Shown here piece after piece: positions 46,114 to 57,860 of a DNA stretch of 64,000 nt (position 1 is the stretch's first letter; every line of letters starts with the position of its first letter). The DNA is from Rhodospirillales bacterium (GTDB lineage: Bacteria > Pseudomonadota > Alphaproteobacteria > Bin95): positions 224,001 to 288,000 of the forward strand of contig JAYQLI010000035.1 in the NCBI GenBank assembly GCA_038143065.1, read 5' to 3'. The notes below the pieces were generated by a model, which was given only the letters and a program-made list of their open reading frames with translations, searched no databases and was not told the origin of the DNA. The translations under genes and the position numbers were made by a program.

Positions 46114-47767
46114 TTTGATTGCCCCCCCTCTACAGCGGTCGGTAGAATGTAATCCTTAAACCGCTCACGGAGCTGTAACTTGGAGAGTTTCCCGGTAGCT
46201 GTATGAGGAAGTTCGTCTACAAAAACGATATCATCCGGTGTCCACCATTTAGCAATTTTACCTTCTAAGAATGACAGCATTTCATTCTTATTGAGGTCTT
46301 GACCAGTTTGAGTCTTGACAACCACAAGGAGAGGGCGCTCATCCCATTTGGGGTGAGGCATTCCTATGGCAGCAGCCTCCGCGACCTTTGGATGGCCAAC
46401 CGCTATATTTTCAAGATCGATCGAACTAATCCATTCACCACCAGACTTAATTACATCCTTTAGCCTGTCAGTTATCCATATGTACCCATCTGGATCAATT
46501 GCACAAACGTCACCTGTGCTAAACCAACCTTCTTCGGCATGTGCTTCTGCTTTTTCATCTAAGTTGAAGTAGTCACTTATTATCCACGGTCCAGTGACCT
46601 TCAGCTCTCCTGTCGCCTTCCCATCATTTGGCAATGTTTTGCCGTCTTCGTCGACAATTTTCATATCAACACCAAAAAGCACCCTACCCGCACTCTGCTG
46701 AAGGTCCATCTTCTCAACTTCACTAAGACTGTGGTGTTTCATCTTTGGGGTGTTAAGGGTTCCAAGCGGTGACATCTCTGTCATTCCCCATGCATGTAAT
46801 ACTTGCACGCCATATTTATTCTGGAAAGTTTCCATCATGGCACGCGGGCATGCAGATCCACCAATTACCACCCTTTCGAGATTGTCCAGAGTACCGTTTA
46901 TCTCTTGGATATGAGCGAGTAGCATCATCCAAATAGTTGGCACAGCAGCTGTAAAATTTACTTTTTCGGCAGTTATCAAGTCATAAATACTTTTTCCATC
47001 TAAATCGCGCCCAGGAAGTACTAACTTACATCCAGTAGCGGCTGCTGCATAAGGCGTGCCCCAAGCGTTGACATGAAACATTGGGACAACAGGCATTACT
47101 GTATCGCGGCTAGATAAGCCCATACAGTCGGGTGCTATCTGAGCTAGGGCATGAATAATTGTAGACTTATGGGCATATAGTGCACCCTTAGGGTTTCCGG
47201 TGGTGCCACTTGTGTAACAAAGGGCAGCTGCAGAATTGTCATCGAAGGTTGGCCAGTGAAAGTCATGATCCTCCGAAGCGATTAGGTCTTCATAGCAAAT
47301 TGATTGCGCAGTCCGGATACATCCGGCATGTGCTCTTTGTCAGTGAGGACAATCACTCCTTTTACATTTGGAACTTTTGGGAGGAGATCTTCAACAAGTC
47401 CAATGAAAGTAGTGTCTATAACTAGGAACTGGTCATCTGCATGGTTTACAACATATTCCAATTGGTCGGGAAAAAGGCGAGGGTTGATAGTATGAGTGAT
47501 GGCTCCTATCCCAGATATGCCATAGTAAGCTTCTAGGTGACGATATGTATTCCAGGCTAACGTGCCTATCCGATCACCTTCTTTAATGCCCAAGTTAATT
47601 AAGGCCTTTGCAAGTTGCTTGGCTCTATTCTCCGCATCAGCCCAGGTATATCGATGAATTGGGCCTTCTACTGTCTTAGTGACTATTTCCTGATCGCTAT
47701 GCCATTTTCCAGCATGTGCAATCAAGCTGGAGATTAATAACGGGCGGTCCATCATTTTTGCGAGCAT
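46110..47767 (-). CDS. Acyl-CoA ligase, DmdB (3-methylmercaptopropionyl-CoA ligase)/long-chain fatty acid-CoA ligase-like (indel near 47300)
   Basis: [63 protein letters not shown]. Confidence 0.85.
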
Positions 47768-47818
47768 TTGCGTGCATTCCCTGTAGATGAGCATTCAGGT
47801 TAGACTTTAAGCTTATAC

Positions 47819-49054
47819 ATGCAGGGACATTTTTGTCTCTGCAAGAGGACTGTATTTGTGAAATTAATACATACTTTTCGCCAAACTGAGTTAGGGCTGA
47901 ATTACAGAGTAATTCTTGCTGCATTCACTATGGCATTTTTTGCTTGGGGAATGATTTTCTATGCTCATGGTGTCTTCAAGGTAGTTCTGGAAGAAAAGCA
48001 TGGTTGGTCTTCTTCTTTTATGTCTCTTGCCCAATCATGGTTTTGGTTCGTTGGAGCAATTTCAGCCTTTGCTGTTGGTGCGATGATTGACCGATATGGT
48101 GCTCGTACTGTTGCTTACTATGGAGTTTGTGCGACTGCAGTTGGTCTTGTTAGCATCTCGTTGGTTTATGAGCCTTGGCAGCTTTTTTTAGCATTCTTTA
48201 TTTTAGCAACGGCTTATCCCACTATTGGAAATCTTGGAATTTCTGCTGCCTTAGCTCCGATCTTTGAGGTTCGATATGCTGCTGCACTATCATTTGCATT
48301 GACTGGAGCCAGTGTTGGTGGAGCAATCGTTACGCCAGCATATATTTTTCTCACAAAAGACCTTGGGTTTGAGTTGGCATCATGGGTTCTAGCTATTGCT
48401 ACTCTGCTTGTTTTATCTCCAATTTTGCTATGGCTGCCTTCTTCTACTCCCTCAAAAGATCTGAATAGAGATGTTGAGGAACAGGAAGTATTCAGAAACT
48501 CTCTCTGCTCTCCAATTTTTTGGGTCATATTTTTAACCGGTTTGTTTTCATTCACCGGCCAGGTTGGTTTCTTGTTTCAAGAGATATCAATTTTTCAGCC
48601 GCGAATGGGGCTTGAGAATGCTGGTTACGCTGTAAGCTTAACGGTAATTGGTGCTGCTTTTGGACGATTTATTTTGGGGTGGACAGCGGGATTGTTCCAG
48701 CTGAGGTTAGTAGCTGCGGCAGTTTACCTGGTCCAAGCGGCAGGCCTCTTTATCGCTATTTTATTTGAAGGTGTATTAACATCTTACATTGCCGCATTCA
48801 TCATTGGGCTAGCAGTAGGCCCCGTAGTAATGCTGCCAGCCATGCTGATTAGGGGTGCTTTTGGCCCAAAAGGCTTTGGTAAGATGTTTGGTCTGGCAAG
48901 TATTGGTATGTTTGCGGGCATGATGATTGGCCCAAGCATAACGGGGATTACAGCGGCTTCCTTCGGCTTTGAGATGGCTTTACTGTGCTTGCTTGCAAGT
49001 GATGTTGTAGCTGCAATTCTAATTTTTCTTGGTTTTAAGAAGAGCGACTGTTAG
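47819..49054 (+). CDS. MFS transporter (start uncertain)
   Basis: GAMIDRYGAR, FGRFILG, FGPKGFG; about 12 TM. Confidence 0.82.
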   Translation: MQGHFCLCKRTVFVKLIHTFRQTELGLNYRVILAAFTMAFFAWGMIFYAHGVFKVVLEEKHGWSSSFMSLAQSWFWFVGAISAFAVGAMIDRYGARTVAYYGVCATAVGLVSISLVYEPWQLFLAFFILATAYPTIGNLGISAALAPIFEVRYAAALSFALTGASVGGAIVTPAYIFLTKDLGFELASWVLAIATLLVLSPILLWLPSSTPSKDLNRDVEEQEVFRNSLCSPIFWVIFLTGLFSFTGQVGFLFQEISIFQPRMGLENAGYAVSLTVIGAAFGRFILGWTAGLFQLRLVAAAVYLVQAAGLFIAILFEGVLTSYIAAFIIGLAVGPVVMLPAMLIRGAFGPKGFGKMFGLASIGMFAGMMIGPSITGITAASFGFEMALLCLLASDVVAAILIFLGFKKSDC

Positions 49055-50279
49055 CTTTTATAAAGTCCGCAACTCTGGGTTGTATTTCATCTCGCCAACG
49101 TTTCCCATTGAATACCCCATAATGACCAACGGCTGGTTGTACCCAGTCCACTTTTCTCTCTGGTGGGATGTTCAAACATAGGTCATGGGCTGCCTGCGTT
49201 TGTCCAATCCCTGATATATCGTCTTTCTCACCTTCCACGGTCATTAGTGCTGTCTTTGTAATTGCAGCAGGATCCACTTTTTCACCGCGCCAAAAAAGCT
49301 TGCCATCAGGCAAGTCATGAGTTTGAAAAACTCGTTTGATTGTGTCGAGGTAAAACTCTGCTGTCATATCCATTACTGACAGATATTCATCATAAAAGCG
49401 GCGATGCTGCTCAACACTATCCCCGTCACCACTCACAAGATTTTCATACAATTTTACATGAGCATCCATGTGGCGATCCATGTTCATTGTCATAAAGCCC
49501 GTAAGTTGCATAAAGCCAGGATAAACTCTTCTTAATGCACCTGGATAGTACACGGGAACGTTGTAAATCACATTTTGCTCGAACCAATCTAGGTCACGTG
49601 AAGTTGCCAGATGATTTGGAATTGTTGGGCTTTTACGGGTATCGATAGGGCTGCCCATTAGCGTCAGTGAGGCTGGAACGTTTGGATCATTTGCAGCGGA
49701 CATAATAGCTGTTGCAGCTAGAGCAGCAGGTCCGGGCTGGCAAACCGCTAAAACATGCAAATTGGGTCCGAGTTTTTGGCAATACTCAATTAAATAGCCA
49801 ATATAATCATCAAGATTGAAATATCCCTCTGATAGAGGAACTTCGCGCGCATCAATCCAGTCAGTAATGAATACATCGTGTTCATGAAGCATTGCCCGAA
49901 CTGTTCCACGCAGAAGTGTTGCGTAGTGTCCTGACATTGGCGCGACCAAAAGAACCTTTGGAGCATTTTTTTGATTGGACGGTAGGGCTGCTGCATCACG
50001 TTCAAAATGAAGAAGCCGTCCAAACGGATGGTCCATAACAAACTTCTCGTTAATAGGAACAACATTCTTTCCAATAACGACTTCATTTATTTCGAAAGCA
50101 GGCTTGCCATACCTTTTTGTTATGCTTTCAAAGACTTCACAGGCAGCTGCTAAGGCGCGATTAGCTGGCCATTCCGCATAGGGGTTCTGCGTCGACTGCA
50201 GAAATTGTCGTGTAGCTGTGGCGATATTTCGATATGGCCGAACGGCTGCATGGGACAATTCATAAGCTGTGTAAAGCAT
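49035..50279 (-). CDS. phaZ: Intracellular polyhydroxyalkanoate depolymerase
   Basis: APMSGHYATLLR, AVCQP, GSPID, VYPGF, DEYLSVMD, EGEKDDISG, GHYGVF. Confidence 0.93.
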   Translation of the reverse strand: MLYTAYELSHAAVRPYRNIATATRQFLQSTQNPYAEWPANRALAAACEVFESITKRYGKPAFEINEVVIGKNVVPINEKFVMDHPFGRLLHFERDAAALPSNQKNAPKVLLVAPMSGHYATLLRGTVRAMLHEHDVFITDWIDAREVPLSEGYFNLDDYIGYLIEYCQKLGPNLHVLAVCQPGPAALAATAIMSAANDPNVPASLTLMGSPIDTRKSPTIPNHLATSRDLDWFEQNVIYNVPVYYPGALRRVYPGFMQLTGFMTMNMDRHMDAHVKLYENLVSGDGDSVEQHRRFYDEYLSVMDMTAEFYLDTIKRVFQTHDLPDGKLFWRGEKVDPAAITKTALMTVEGEKDDISGIGQTQAAHDLCLNIPPERKVDWVQPAVGHYGVFNGKRWRDEIQPRVADFIKANSRSS

Positions 50280-50307
50280 CGCGGCCCTCTATCTTCCGAA
50301 GACTCGT

Positions 50308-50336
50308 ATCTTACAATAAATGGTGCGGTGCAGCAA
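50308..50336 (-). promoter_or_regulatory. phaZ promoter with PhaR-type box
   Basis: TTGCTG-N17-TAAGAT overlapping TGCACCGCA; 13-bp identity with the mmgR promoter box. Confidence 0.6.
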
Positions 50337-50373
50337 TTCTTTTATTCGGGATGAGGGGCTGGCTTGACCTGCC

Positions 50374-51903
50374 TTAGCTAGAGAGAATTATTGCCCAGCT
50401 CAGTGAAGCAAGAGTAATTAGAGCAAAGTAAATAAGCTTGATATTCTTTCTCTCTATTTTTTCCTCACTAGACACTTTCCTTTGTTCACTTTCGTCAATC
50501 ATGCGTTCAATCCGAGCCATTGTGCGCGGCAATCGAAGAACTGCTTCTGCGCCGTCAGAGATGACGCTAGCAATCCTCGCTTCAGGACCGCGTTGACGGC
50601 GTATCCAGTCTTCAATTAAGGGTTGTGCGAGGTGCCACATATTCACAGTTGGGTCGAGTTTTCTGCCCATACCTTCAGCCATAAGCAGCGTTTTTTGCAG
50701 TAACAGGAGCTGGGGCTGTGTTTCCATTTTGAAAGTTTCAGTAATCTCGAAAAGTTGTTGAAGGAGGCGGCCAAGCGAAATTTCGTGTAACGGTTTTCCT
50801 AGAATTGGCTCTGCTATCGACCTACAGGCCTGGGCAAAAGCTTCCTTGGACTGGCTTGCTGGCACGTACCCTGCTCGAAAATGAACGTCCGCTACCAATT
50901 GGTAATCTCTCGTGAGCATTCCAAATAGCATATCAGCTAAATAATCGCGCGTTGGGCGGTCTAATCTACCCATGATTCCAAAATCGATTACGGTTAAAGC
51001 TCCATCATCACCCACAAATACATTGCCTGGATGCATGTCCGCATGGAAAAACCCATGCTCGAATACTTGTCGGAAAAATGCGTGAGATGCAGTGCGCATT
51101 ATTTCGTGGCGATCGTGTCCAAGCTCATCCAGTCTTTCAATGTCATCCACTCTTAGACCTGTCACCCTTTCTAAAGTGAGTATTCGGCGAGCAGTTCTAG
51201 TCCAATCGATTACTGGAGCCCTAAAATTTGGTTCGTCTTCAAAATTATCACGAAGTTCGCTGGCTGCGGCGGCTTCCATCCTGAGATCCATTTCCACATG
51301 GACCGTTTCAGCAAAAGCTTCCACGACTTCAATAGGCTTCAGTCTTCTTCCGCTTGGAATTAACCGCCAAGCCCAAGCCGCCAGCCATCTAAACATTGCA
51401 ATATCGCGTTCAAAAGCTTCTTCGATACCTGGCCTTAGAATTTTAACGGCGACTTCTTCCCCTTCGAGGGTTATTGCAAAATGAACCTGGGCGATTGATG
51501 CAGCTGCTACAGGTTGTTCTTCAATTGATTTGAAAATCTGGGAGATAGGCTTTCCTAGCTGCTCTTCTATAGTTGCGAATGCGATCGGCGCGGGAAATGG
51601 AGCCAGTCTATCTTGAAGGGATGCCAGGTCATCTGCCACTTCGGAACCAAAAATATCACTTCTTGTAGAAAGAGTTTGCCCCAGCTTGATGAATGTTGGG
51701 CCCAGCTTGGTTAAAGCCGCCGCTAGCCGAATTCCTGGCCTATCTGATAGATCGGCTTGTCGGCATAACCTACTTAAGGAACGTGCCAGCCATTGGACTG
51801 GAATTGGCGATGGGGCCTCTTGAAACGCAAATAATGCATCATGCCGAGCCAATAGGTAGGCAATTCGGATGAGATGATAACTATGTTTCAAGGCTGAAAG
51901 CAT
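50374..51903 (-). CDS. ubiB: Ubiquinone biosynthesis kinase-like protein UbiB
   Basis: LGPTFIKLGQ, AAASIAQVH, VAVKILRP, FFHADMHPGN, DFGIMG, LLLLQKT. Confidence 0.93.
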   Translation of the reverse strand: MLSALKHSYHLIRIAYLLARHDALFAFQEAPSPIPVQWLARSLSRLCRQADLSDRPGIRLAAALTKLGPTFIKLGQTLSTRSDIFGSEVADDLASLQDRLAPFPAPIAFATIEEQLGKPISQIFKSIEEQPVAAASIAQVHFAITLEGEEVAVKILRPGIEEAFERDIAMFRWLAAWAWRLIPSGRRLKPIEVVEAFAETVHVEMDLRMEAAAASELRDNFEDEPNFRAPVIDWTRTARRILTLERVTGLRVDDIERLDELGHDRHEIMRTASHAFFRQVFEHGFFHADMHPGNVFVGDDGALTVIDFGIMGRLDRPTRDYLADMLFGMLTRDYQLVADVHFRAGYVPASQSKEAFAQACRSIAEPILGKPLHEISLGRLLQQLFEITETFKMETQPQLLLLQKTLLMAEGMGRKLDPTVNMWHLAQPLIEDWIRRQRGPEARIASVISDGAEAVLRLPRTMARIERMIDESEQRKVSSEEKIERKNIKLIYFALITLASLSWAIILSS

Positions 51904-52013
51904 TACGGCTCAATTTGTGGTTTACGCTAAAAGGATCTTCATACCTTCTAGCCTCTTAGCTGCGTACATGCTACTTGCGATTATTGATATTTAAGCTCGT
52001 AGGGAAAGTTTTT

Positions 52014-53368
52014 ATGAGCAATTATGACTACGATCTTTTTGTTATAGGCGCCGGTTCTGGTGGGGTGCGAGCGGCTAGGATGGCTGCAGCTACTGGGATA
52101 AAGGTAGGTATAGCTGAAGGCAGAAGAGTGGGTGGAACATGCGTTTTGCGCGGTTGTGTACCTAAAAAGCTGTTGGTTTATGCGGCTCATTTTGCACATG
52201 ATTTTGAGGATGCTGCAGCATATGGATGGCGCGTGCGTCCACCCCACATGAATGGGCGCACCTAATAGCCGCGAAAAATCAAGAAACTGATCGGCTAAAT
52301 GGCATTTATATTAATCTCTTAAAAAACGCCGGCGTTGAAATTCATGATGGATATGCAAGATTTTTAGATAATCACACGCTTGATGTGGCGGGTAGAAAGA
52401 TCACCGCTGAACGTATTTTGATTGGATCTGGTGCGCGTCCGTTTGTACCCGATATACCGGGTAAAGAGTATTCCATAACCTCTGATGAGGCCCTTGACCT
52501 AATGTCTCGCCCTGAACGGATTGCAATCGTGGGGGCCGGTTATATCGCGGTCGAGTTTGCTGGCATTTTTGCGGAGCTTGGCTCAGAAGTTACCTTATTA
52601 GTACGGTCCGAGCTTTTAAGGGGATTTGATCGTGATGTGGCCAACGAACTCGAGGCTGCGTTGGAGCGATCAGGCATAAAGCTTGTATACGGCGGAGAAG
52701 TTAACAGCATAAAAAAGCAAGATGGAGATTATCTTCTGGAGACGTCTGAGGGACGAAATATTGAGACCGATCTTGTGATGTTTGCTGCTGGTCGGGTCCC
52801 AAACATCGAGGGTATGGGATTAGAAACTATTGGCGTTGAGTTGAAGTCAGGTGGCGCAATTCAGGTTGACGAATTTTCTCAAACCTCTGTTGCTAATATT
52901 TATGCGATTGGTGATGTTACTGATAGGATGGCACTTACACCTGTCGCCATTCACGAGGCAATGTGCTTTGTAGATACGGTGTATAAAGATACCCCACGAT
53001 CACCAAATTATGATTTTGTTCCAACCGCCGTTTTTAGTCAGCCTCCGATTGGAACAGTGGGTTTGGATGAAGATGCAGCGAAGCAGCATTGTGGGAAAGT
53101 GGATGTTTACACATCTAGATTTCGCCCGATGAAACACACTCTCACTAAGCGTGACCACTTCAGTTTCATGAAATTAATCGTTAATCCTGAGACAAATAGA
53201 GTTTTAGGGTGTCACATGATCGGAGATGATGCAGCTGAAATCGCGCAAGGGTTGGGGATTGCTCTAAAAATGGGAGCAACCAAGGCAGATTTTGATGCTA
53301 CCATTGGCATTCACCCAACGGCAGCAGAAGAATTTGTAACAATGCGGGAAAAACGATCGGAAAATTAA
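52014..53368 (+). CDS. gor: Glutathione-disulfide reductase (indel near 52240)
   Basis: [35 protein letters not shown]. Confidence 0.93.
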
Positions 53369-53473
53369 GATCACTCGAACTCGTGATAGTGGTTGTAGGG
53401 AGCGCAACTGTTTCGTATACCGCTATGATAGGTTGTGGATAACCTGCTAAAATGGCAGGTAAAAGAGGTTTTT

Positions 53474-54843
53474 ATGCAGGAAAAATGGAGCCCGCAAAGC
53501 TGGCGTTCTAAACAAATTCGACAGGTTCCTGTTTACCAGGACAAGGCTGCGTTGGAGAGTGCTCTATCGCAAATTAAAGCTTATCCTCCTTTAGTTTTTG
53601 CAGGTGAAGCTAGGCGTTTAAAAGACCGTTTGGCTCTCGTGTCTGAAGGTAAGGCTTTTCTGCTTCAAGGTGGCGATTGTGCAGAGAGCTTTGCGGAGTT
53701 TAGCGCAAATAATATTCGGGATACCTTTCGGGTGCTCCTGCAAATGGCAGTTGTGCTGACATATGGAGGAGGCGTGCCAGTCGTTAAAGTGGGACGTATT
53801 GCTGGTCAGTTTGCTAAGCCACGATCTTCAGATACTGAGATTATAGATGGAGTTGAGCTGCCAAGTTACCGCGGAGATATAATTAACGGTTCGGAGTTTA
53901 CCGAAGAAGCAAGAATACCAGATCCACAGCGGATGGTGACGGCATACACTCAGGCATCGGCAACGTTGAACTTACTTAGAGCTTTCGCGCAAGGTGGCTA
54001 TGCAGATCTGCATGAAGTTCACCGATGGAACCTCGACTTTGTAAAGTCCAGCCAGCAGAGTGAGCGTTATCGTGTGCTAGCGGACCGTCTCAGTGAAACC
54101 CTTGAGTTTATGGCAGCATGTGGTCTGACGTCAGAGACAACTCCGCAAATACGGGAAACAGAGTTTTTACTTCTCATGAAGCTTTGTTGCTAAACTTTGA
54201 AGAAGCTCTAACGCGTGTCGATAGCACGACCGATGAATGGTACGATGTATCTGCACATTTATTATGGATTGGCGATCGCACACGCGATCTTGACGAGGCA
54301 CACATTGAGTTCATGAGGGGTATTAAAAACCCTCTCGGGCTGAAGTGTGGTCCTTCATTGGACCCTAATAATTTGCTGCAGCTTCTTGAAAGATTAAATC
54401 CTGATAATGAGCCAGGTAGGATTACCTTGATATGTCGCATGGGTGCGGAACAGGTGGCAGATAAGTTACCTCCACTGATGCGGACGGTAAAAGCTGCAGG
54501 GCAAAAGGTAGTTTGGTCTTCAGACCCTATGCACGGTAATACTGTCAAGTCATCTACAGGATTCAAAACACGGCCCTTCGATTTAATTCGCCAAGAGGTT
54601 CAGACGTTCTTCGAAGTGGCAAAGGCTGAGGGCGCCCATCCAGGCGGGCTTCATCTAGAGATGACTGGAAAAGATGTCACAGAGTGCACTGGTGGTGCGC
54701 AGGCAATTACCGACGAAAAATTAGCGGATCGTTATCACACGCATTGTGATCCTAGATTGAACGCATCACAGGCACTTGAATTGGCATTTATGGTAGCGGA
54801 AGCCCTTAAGACTGAGCGCGAAGGTAAGCGAGATGCTGCTTAA
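53474..54843 (+). CDS. Class II DAHP synthase (indel near 54168)
   Basis: [52 protein letters not shown]. Confidence 0.94.
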
Positions 54844-54888
54844 TTGCCCTGCAAGTAGCCGTTACAGTACACCAAGGTGAGATAATTC

Positions 54889-56034
54889 ATGCGACCTGAG
54901 GTTGATGATATCCCGCGTTTCACCGATGCCTATTTTCAAAAAACTAAGGCAGCAGTTGGAAAATTTGGAGACGTCCAGGCAACCTATGCAATTTTTATGC
55001 GCCGTCCTGTTCTATACACTGGAGAATTAGCTACAAAATGGCTCGAGGAAGTTGCAGTTTCACGAGGTGTAACTTTCAAAATTGAGGCGCCCCATAAGGA
55101 AGGTGATTGGGTGGGAGCTGGTGAGCCGTTACTTTATATCACTGGGTCTTTATTTCATTTGGTTGATCTAGAAACTCTTTATCTTCAGAAGCTTGGCGCA
55201 GCGTGCGTAGCTGCCATCAACGCCTTTATGATGGCAAAGGCTCTTCCAAAAACTGCTTTTCTCGCTATGGACGCTAGGCATTGTGCCGGATCAGATATGG
55301 CAGAGCTGATGGCCTATGCTGCAAGTGTTGGCTCGAAGGCTGCTAGAGCGCTAGGTGCTATTGGTTTTATTGGTAATGCGACTGATGCAACAGCTCATTT
55401 CTTTGGTACTAATCGTGGTCTTGGTACCATGCCTCATGCGTTAATAGGCTATGCTGGTTCAACGCTAAGAGCGGCAGAAATGCTGCATGACACGTATCCA
55501 GATGAAGATATGACTGTTCTAGTTGATTATTACGGACGGGAGGTTTCAGACGCCCTCGAAGTTGCGCGTCGTTTCCCTGAGATGGCTTCGGCTGGCAGAT
55601 TGGCATTTCGGCTAGATACCCATGGAGGTCGATATTTGGAGGGAATGGATCTCCAGTCTTCATATGCTGTACTCGATCGTTGTGCCCCAAATGCCATTAG
55701 AAGTTATCGGACAGAGGCGGAGTTACGTCACTTGGTTGGGACTGGTGTAACAGCGGCATCTATCTGGCGTCTTCGTGAGGCTTTGAATGAAGCCGGTTTT
55801 CCAAATACTAAAATCGTGGCTAGTTCAGGGTTTAATGTGGAAAAATGCCAGACGATGGCTATTGCAGAAGCTCCTGTTGATTTAGTCGGTACAGGTTCAT
55901 ACTTGCCGGATCGCTGGAGCGAAACGTACGCGACTGCGGACATAATAGAATATAATGGAAAAGCCAGTGTAAAAGTTGGCCGTGAATTTTTGCTTGCTAA
56001 AAGCCGCGCAAGTCGCGCAGGTAGCGCAGGCTAG
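54889..56034 (+). CDS. Nicotinate phosphoribosyltransferase-like protein
   Basis: TDAYF, ARH, GTMPHA, LVDYYG, RLDT, SSGF, GTGS; directly upstream of nadE. Confidence 0.75.
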   Translation: MRPEVDDIPRFTDAYFQKTKAAVGKFGDVQATYAIFMRRPVLYTGELATKWLEEVAVSRGVTFKIEAPHKEGDWVGAGEPLLYITGSLFHLVDLETLYLQKLGAACVAAINAFMMAKALPKTAFLAMDARHCAGSDMAELMAYAASVGSKAARALGAIGFIGNATDATAHFFGTNRGLGTMPHALIGYAGSTLRAAEMLHDTYPDEDMTVLVDYYGREVSDALEVARRFPEMASAGRLAFRLDTHGGRYLEGMDLQSSYAVLDRCAPNAIRSYRTEAELRHLVGTGVTAASIWRLREALNEAGFPNTKIVASSGFNVEKCQTMAIAEAPVDLVGTGSYLPDRWSETYATADIIEYNGKASVKVGREFLLAKSRASRAGSAG

Positions 56035-56052
56035 CATTAAGAAAGAGCAGGT

Positions 56053-57714
56053 TTGCCAGTGACTGACCAATTAGTTATTGGGATCGCCCAGATTAATCCC
56101 ACTGTTGGTGATATTTCTGGAAATATTAAAAAAATAAGAGCCGCAAGGGAGCAACTTGGGGCGGTAGATCTTATAGTTTTTCCTGAATTAATCGTTTCTG
56201 GGTATCCGGCTGAGGATCTAGTGATGAAGCCGGCTTTTGCCAATCAGTGTAAAGCTGCCGTCGAAGCACTGGCTTCTGATACAACTGATGGACCAGCGAT
56301 GTTAGTTGGATCGCCCTGGCCTGAGGGCAACAAGCTTTATAATGCAGTAGCACTTTTGGAGGCCGGTAGGGTTTCTGCTGTACGTTATAAAGTCGACCTT
56401 CCGAACTACGATGTTTTCGATGAGAAAAGAGTTTTTGATGCCGGTCCCATGCCAGGTCCTATTAATTTTAAGGACGTCCGAATTGGCTTGCCGATTTGTG
56501 AAGATATCTGGTCGCCAGATGTGATCGAATGCTTGGAGGAGAGCGGGGCAGAGTTGCTACTTGTGTCCAACAGCTCCCCATTCGAGAGCGGCAAACCAGA
56601 TGTGCGGCTTAATCATGTTGTGGCCAGAGTTACAGAAAGCAATTTGCCGCTGGTATATGTGAATCAAGTTGGTGGACAAGATGAACTCGTATTCGATGGT
56701 TCCTCATTTGTTATTGATAGTGATCGAAAACTCAGAGCCCAGCTGCCTAGTTGGGAAGAAGATTTTGCGATCACAAAATGGAGAAGAAATGAGAGTGGTT
56801 CGTGGTCTTGTGATCAAGGAACAGTAAGTGAGGTTACGGGAGAGTTAGCCTCAATCTACCAGGCAGTGTTACTTGGCCTTCGGGATTATGTTGAAAAAAA
56901 TGGCTTTCCTGGGGTTATCCTAGGACTTTCAGGTGGTATTGACTCTGCTCTTTCTGCTGCAATTGCGGCAGATGCTCTAGGCGCTGATCGTGTGCGTTGT
57001 GTCATGATGCCGTCGCCATATACCTCGCAAGAAAGCCTTGAGGATGCTGCAGCCTGCGCTGCAATGCTTGGATTAAAATATGAAAGCATATCAATTGGAC
57101 CTGCTATGCAAGCCTTTGATGAAATGCTCAAGGATGCGTTTGCCGGAACCGACGAGGGTATTACGGAGGAAAATATTCAATCACGTTCTCGTGGTCTTAC
57201 ACTGATGGCCCTTTCAAATAAGTTTGGCCATATGGTTTTATCGACGGGAAATAAGTCAGAAATGGCTGTTGGGTATGCCACGTTGTATGGAGACATGTGT
57301 GGTGGCTACAACGCCATAAAAGATATTTACAAAACAAAAGTTTTTCAGCTTTGTGAATGGCGCAACAAGAATTTCCCACAGGGATCTAAAGGGCCTGCCG
57401 GAAATGTTATGCCGGAGCGGATTATAACAAAGCCCCCCTCGGCTGAGTTGCGGCCAGACCAAAAAGATGAAGACTCTTTGCCGCCTTATGATGTGCTTGA
57501 TGGAATACTAGAGGCCATAGTTGAAGATGAGCGTTCTCTATCCGATATTGTGTCGGCTGGCTATGATGAAGATACCGTGCGCCGAGTGTGGTCTCTACTT
57601 GATATATCAGAGTACAAGCGTCGTCAGGCACCACCTGGTCCAAAAATAACACGGAAGAATTTCGGTAAAGACCGGCGATATCCAATTACCAATAGTTTCA
57701 GAAGAGAAATTTAA
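56053..57714 (+). CDS. nadE: Glutamine-dependent NAD+ synthetase
   Basis: Nitrilase domain (FPEL, K..LPNY, ICED) plus LSGGIDS, NKSE, PPSAEL, EYKRRQ. Confidence 0.95.
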   Translation: MPVTDQLVIGIAQINPTVGDISGNIKKIRAAREQLGAVDLIVFPELIVSGYPAEDLVMKPAFANQCKAAVEALASDTTDGPAMLVGSPWPEGNKLYNAVALLEAGRVSAVRYKVDLPNYDVFDEKRVFDAGPMPGPINFKDVRIGLPICEDIWSPDVIECLEESGAELLLVSNSSPFESGKPDVRLNHVVARVTESNLPLVYVNQVGGQDELVFDGSSFVIDSDRKLRAQLPSWEEDFAITKWRRNESGSWSCDQGTVSEVTGELASIYQAVLLGLRDYVEKNGFPGVILGLSGGIDSALSAAIAADALGADRVRCVMMPSPYTSQESLEDAAACAAMLGLKYESISIGPAMQAFDEMLKDAFAGTDEGITEENIQSRSRGLTLMALSNKFGHMVLSTGNKSEMAVGYATLYGDMCGGYNAIKDIYKTKVFQLCEWRNKNFPQGSKGPAGNVMPERIITKPPSAELRPDQKDEDSLPPYDVLDGILEAIVEDERSLSDIVSAGYDEDTVRRVWSLLDISEYKRRQAPPGPKITRKNFGKDRRYPITNSFRREI

Positions 57715-57860
57715 AACCCTTATCAGGCTGATCATACTTAATGAATCAAAAAGATTTTAAATCTTACCGAGAGTAAAAAGTACTTTCAGCGTCTAGTTGG
57801 TGGGTTAGAATTTGTAAAATCTTTTGAAGCCCTTTTTCTCTCCATCAATGGAAATACCCT

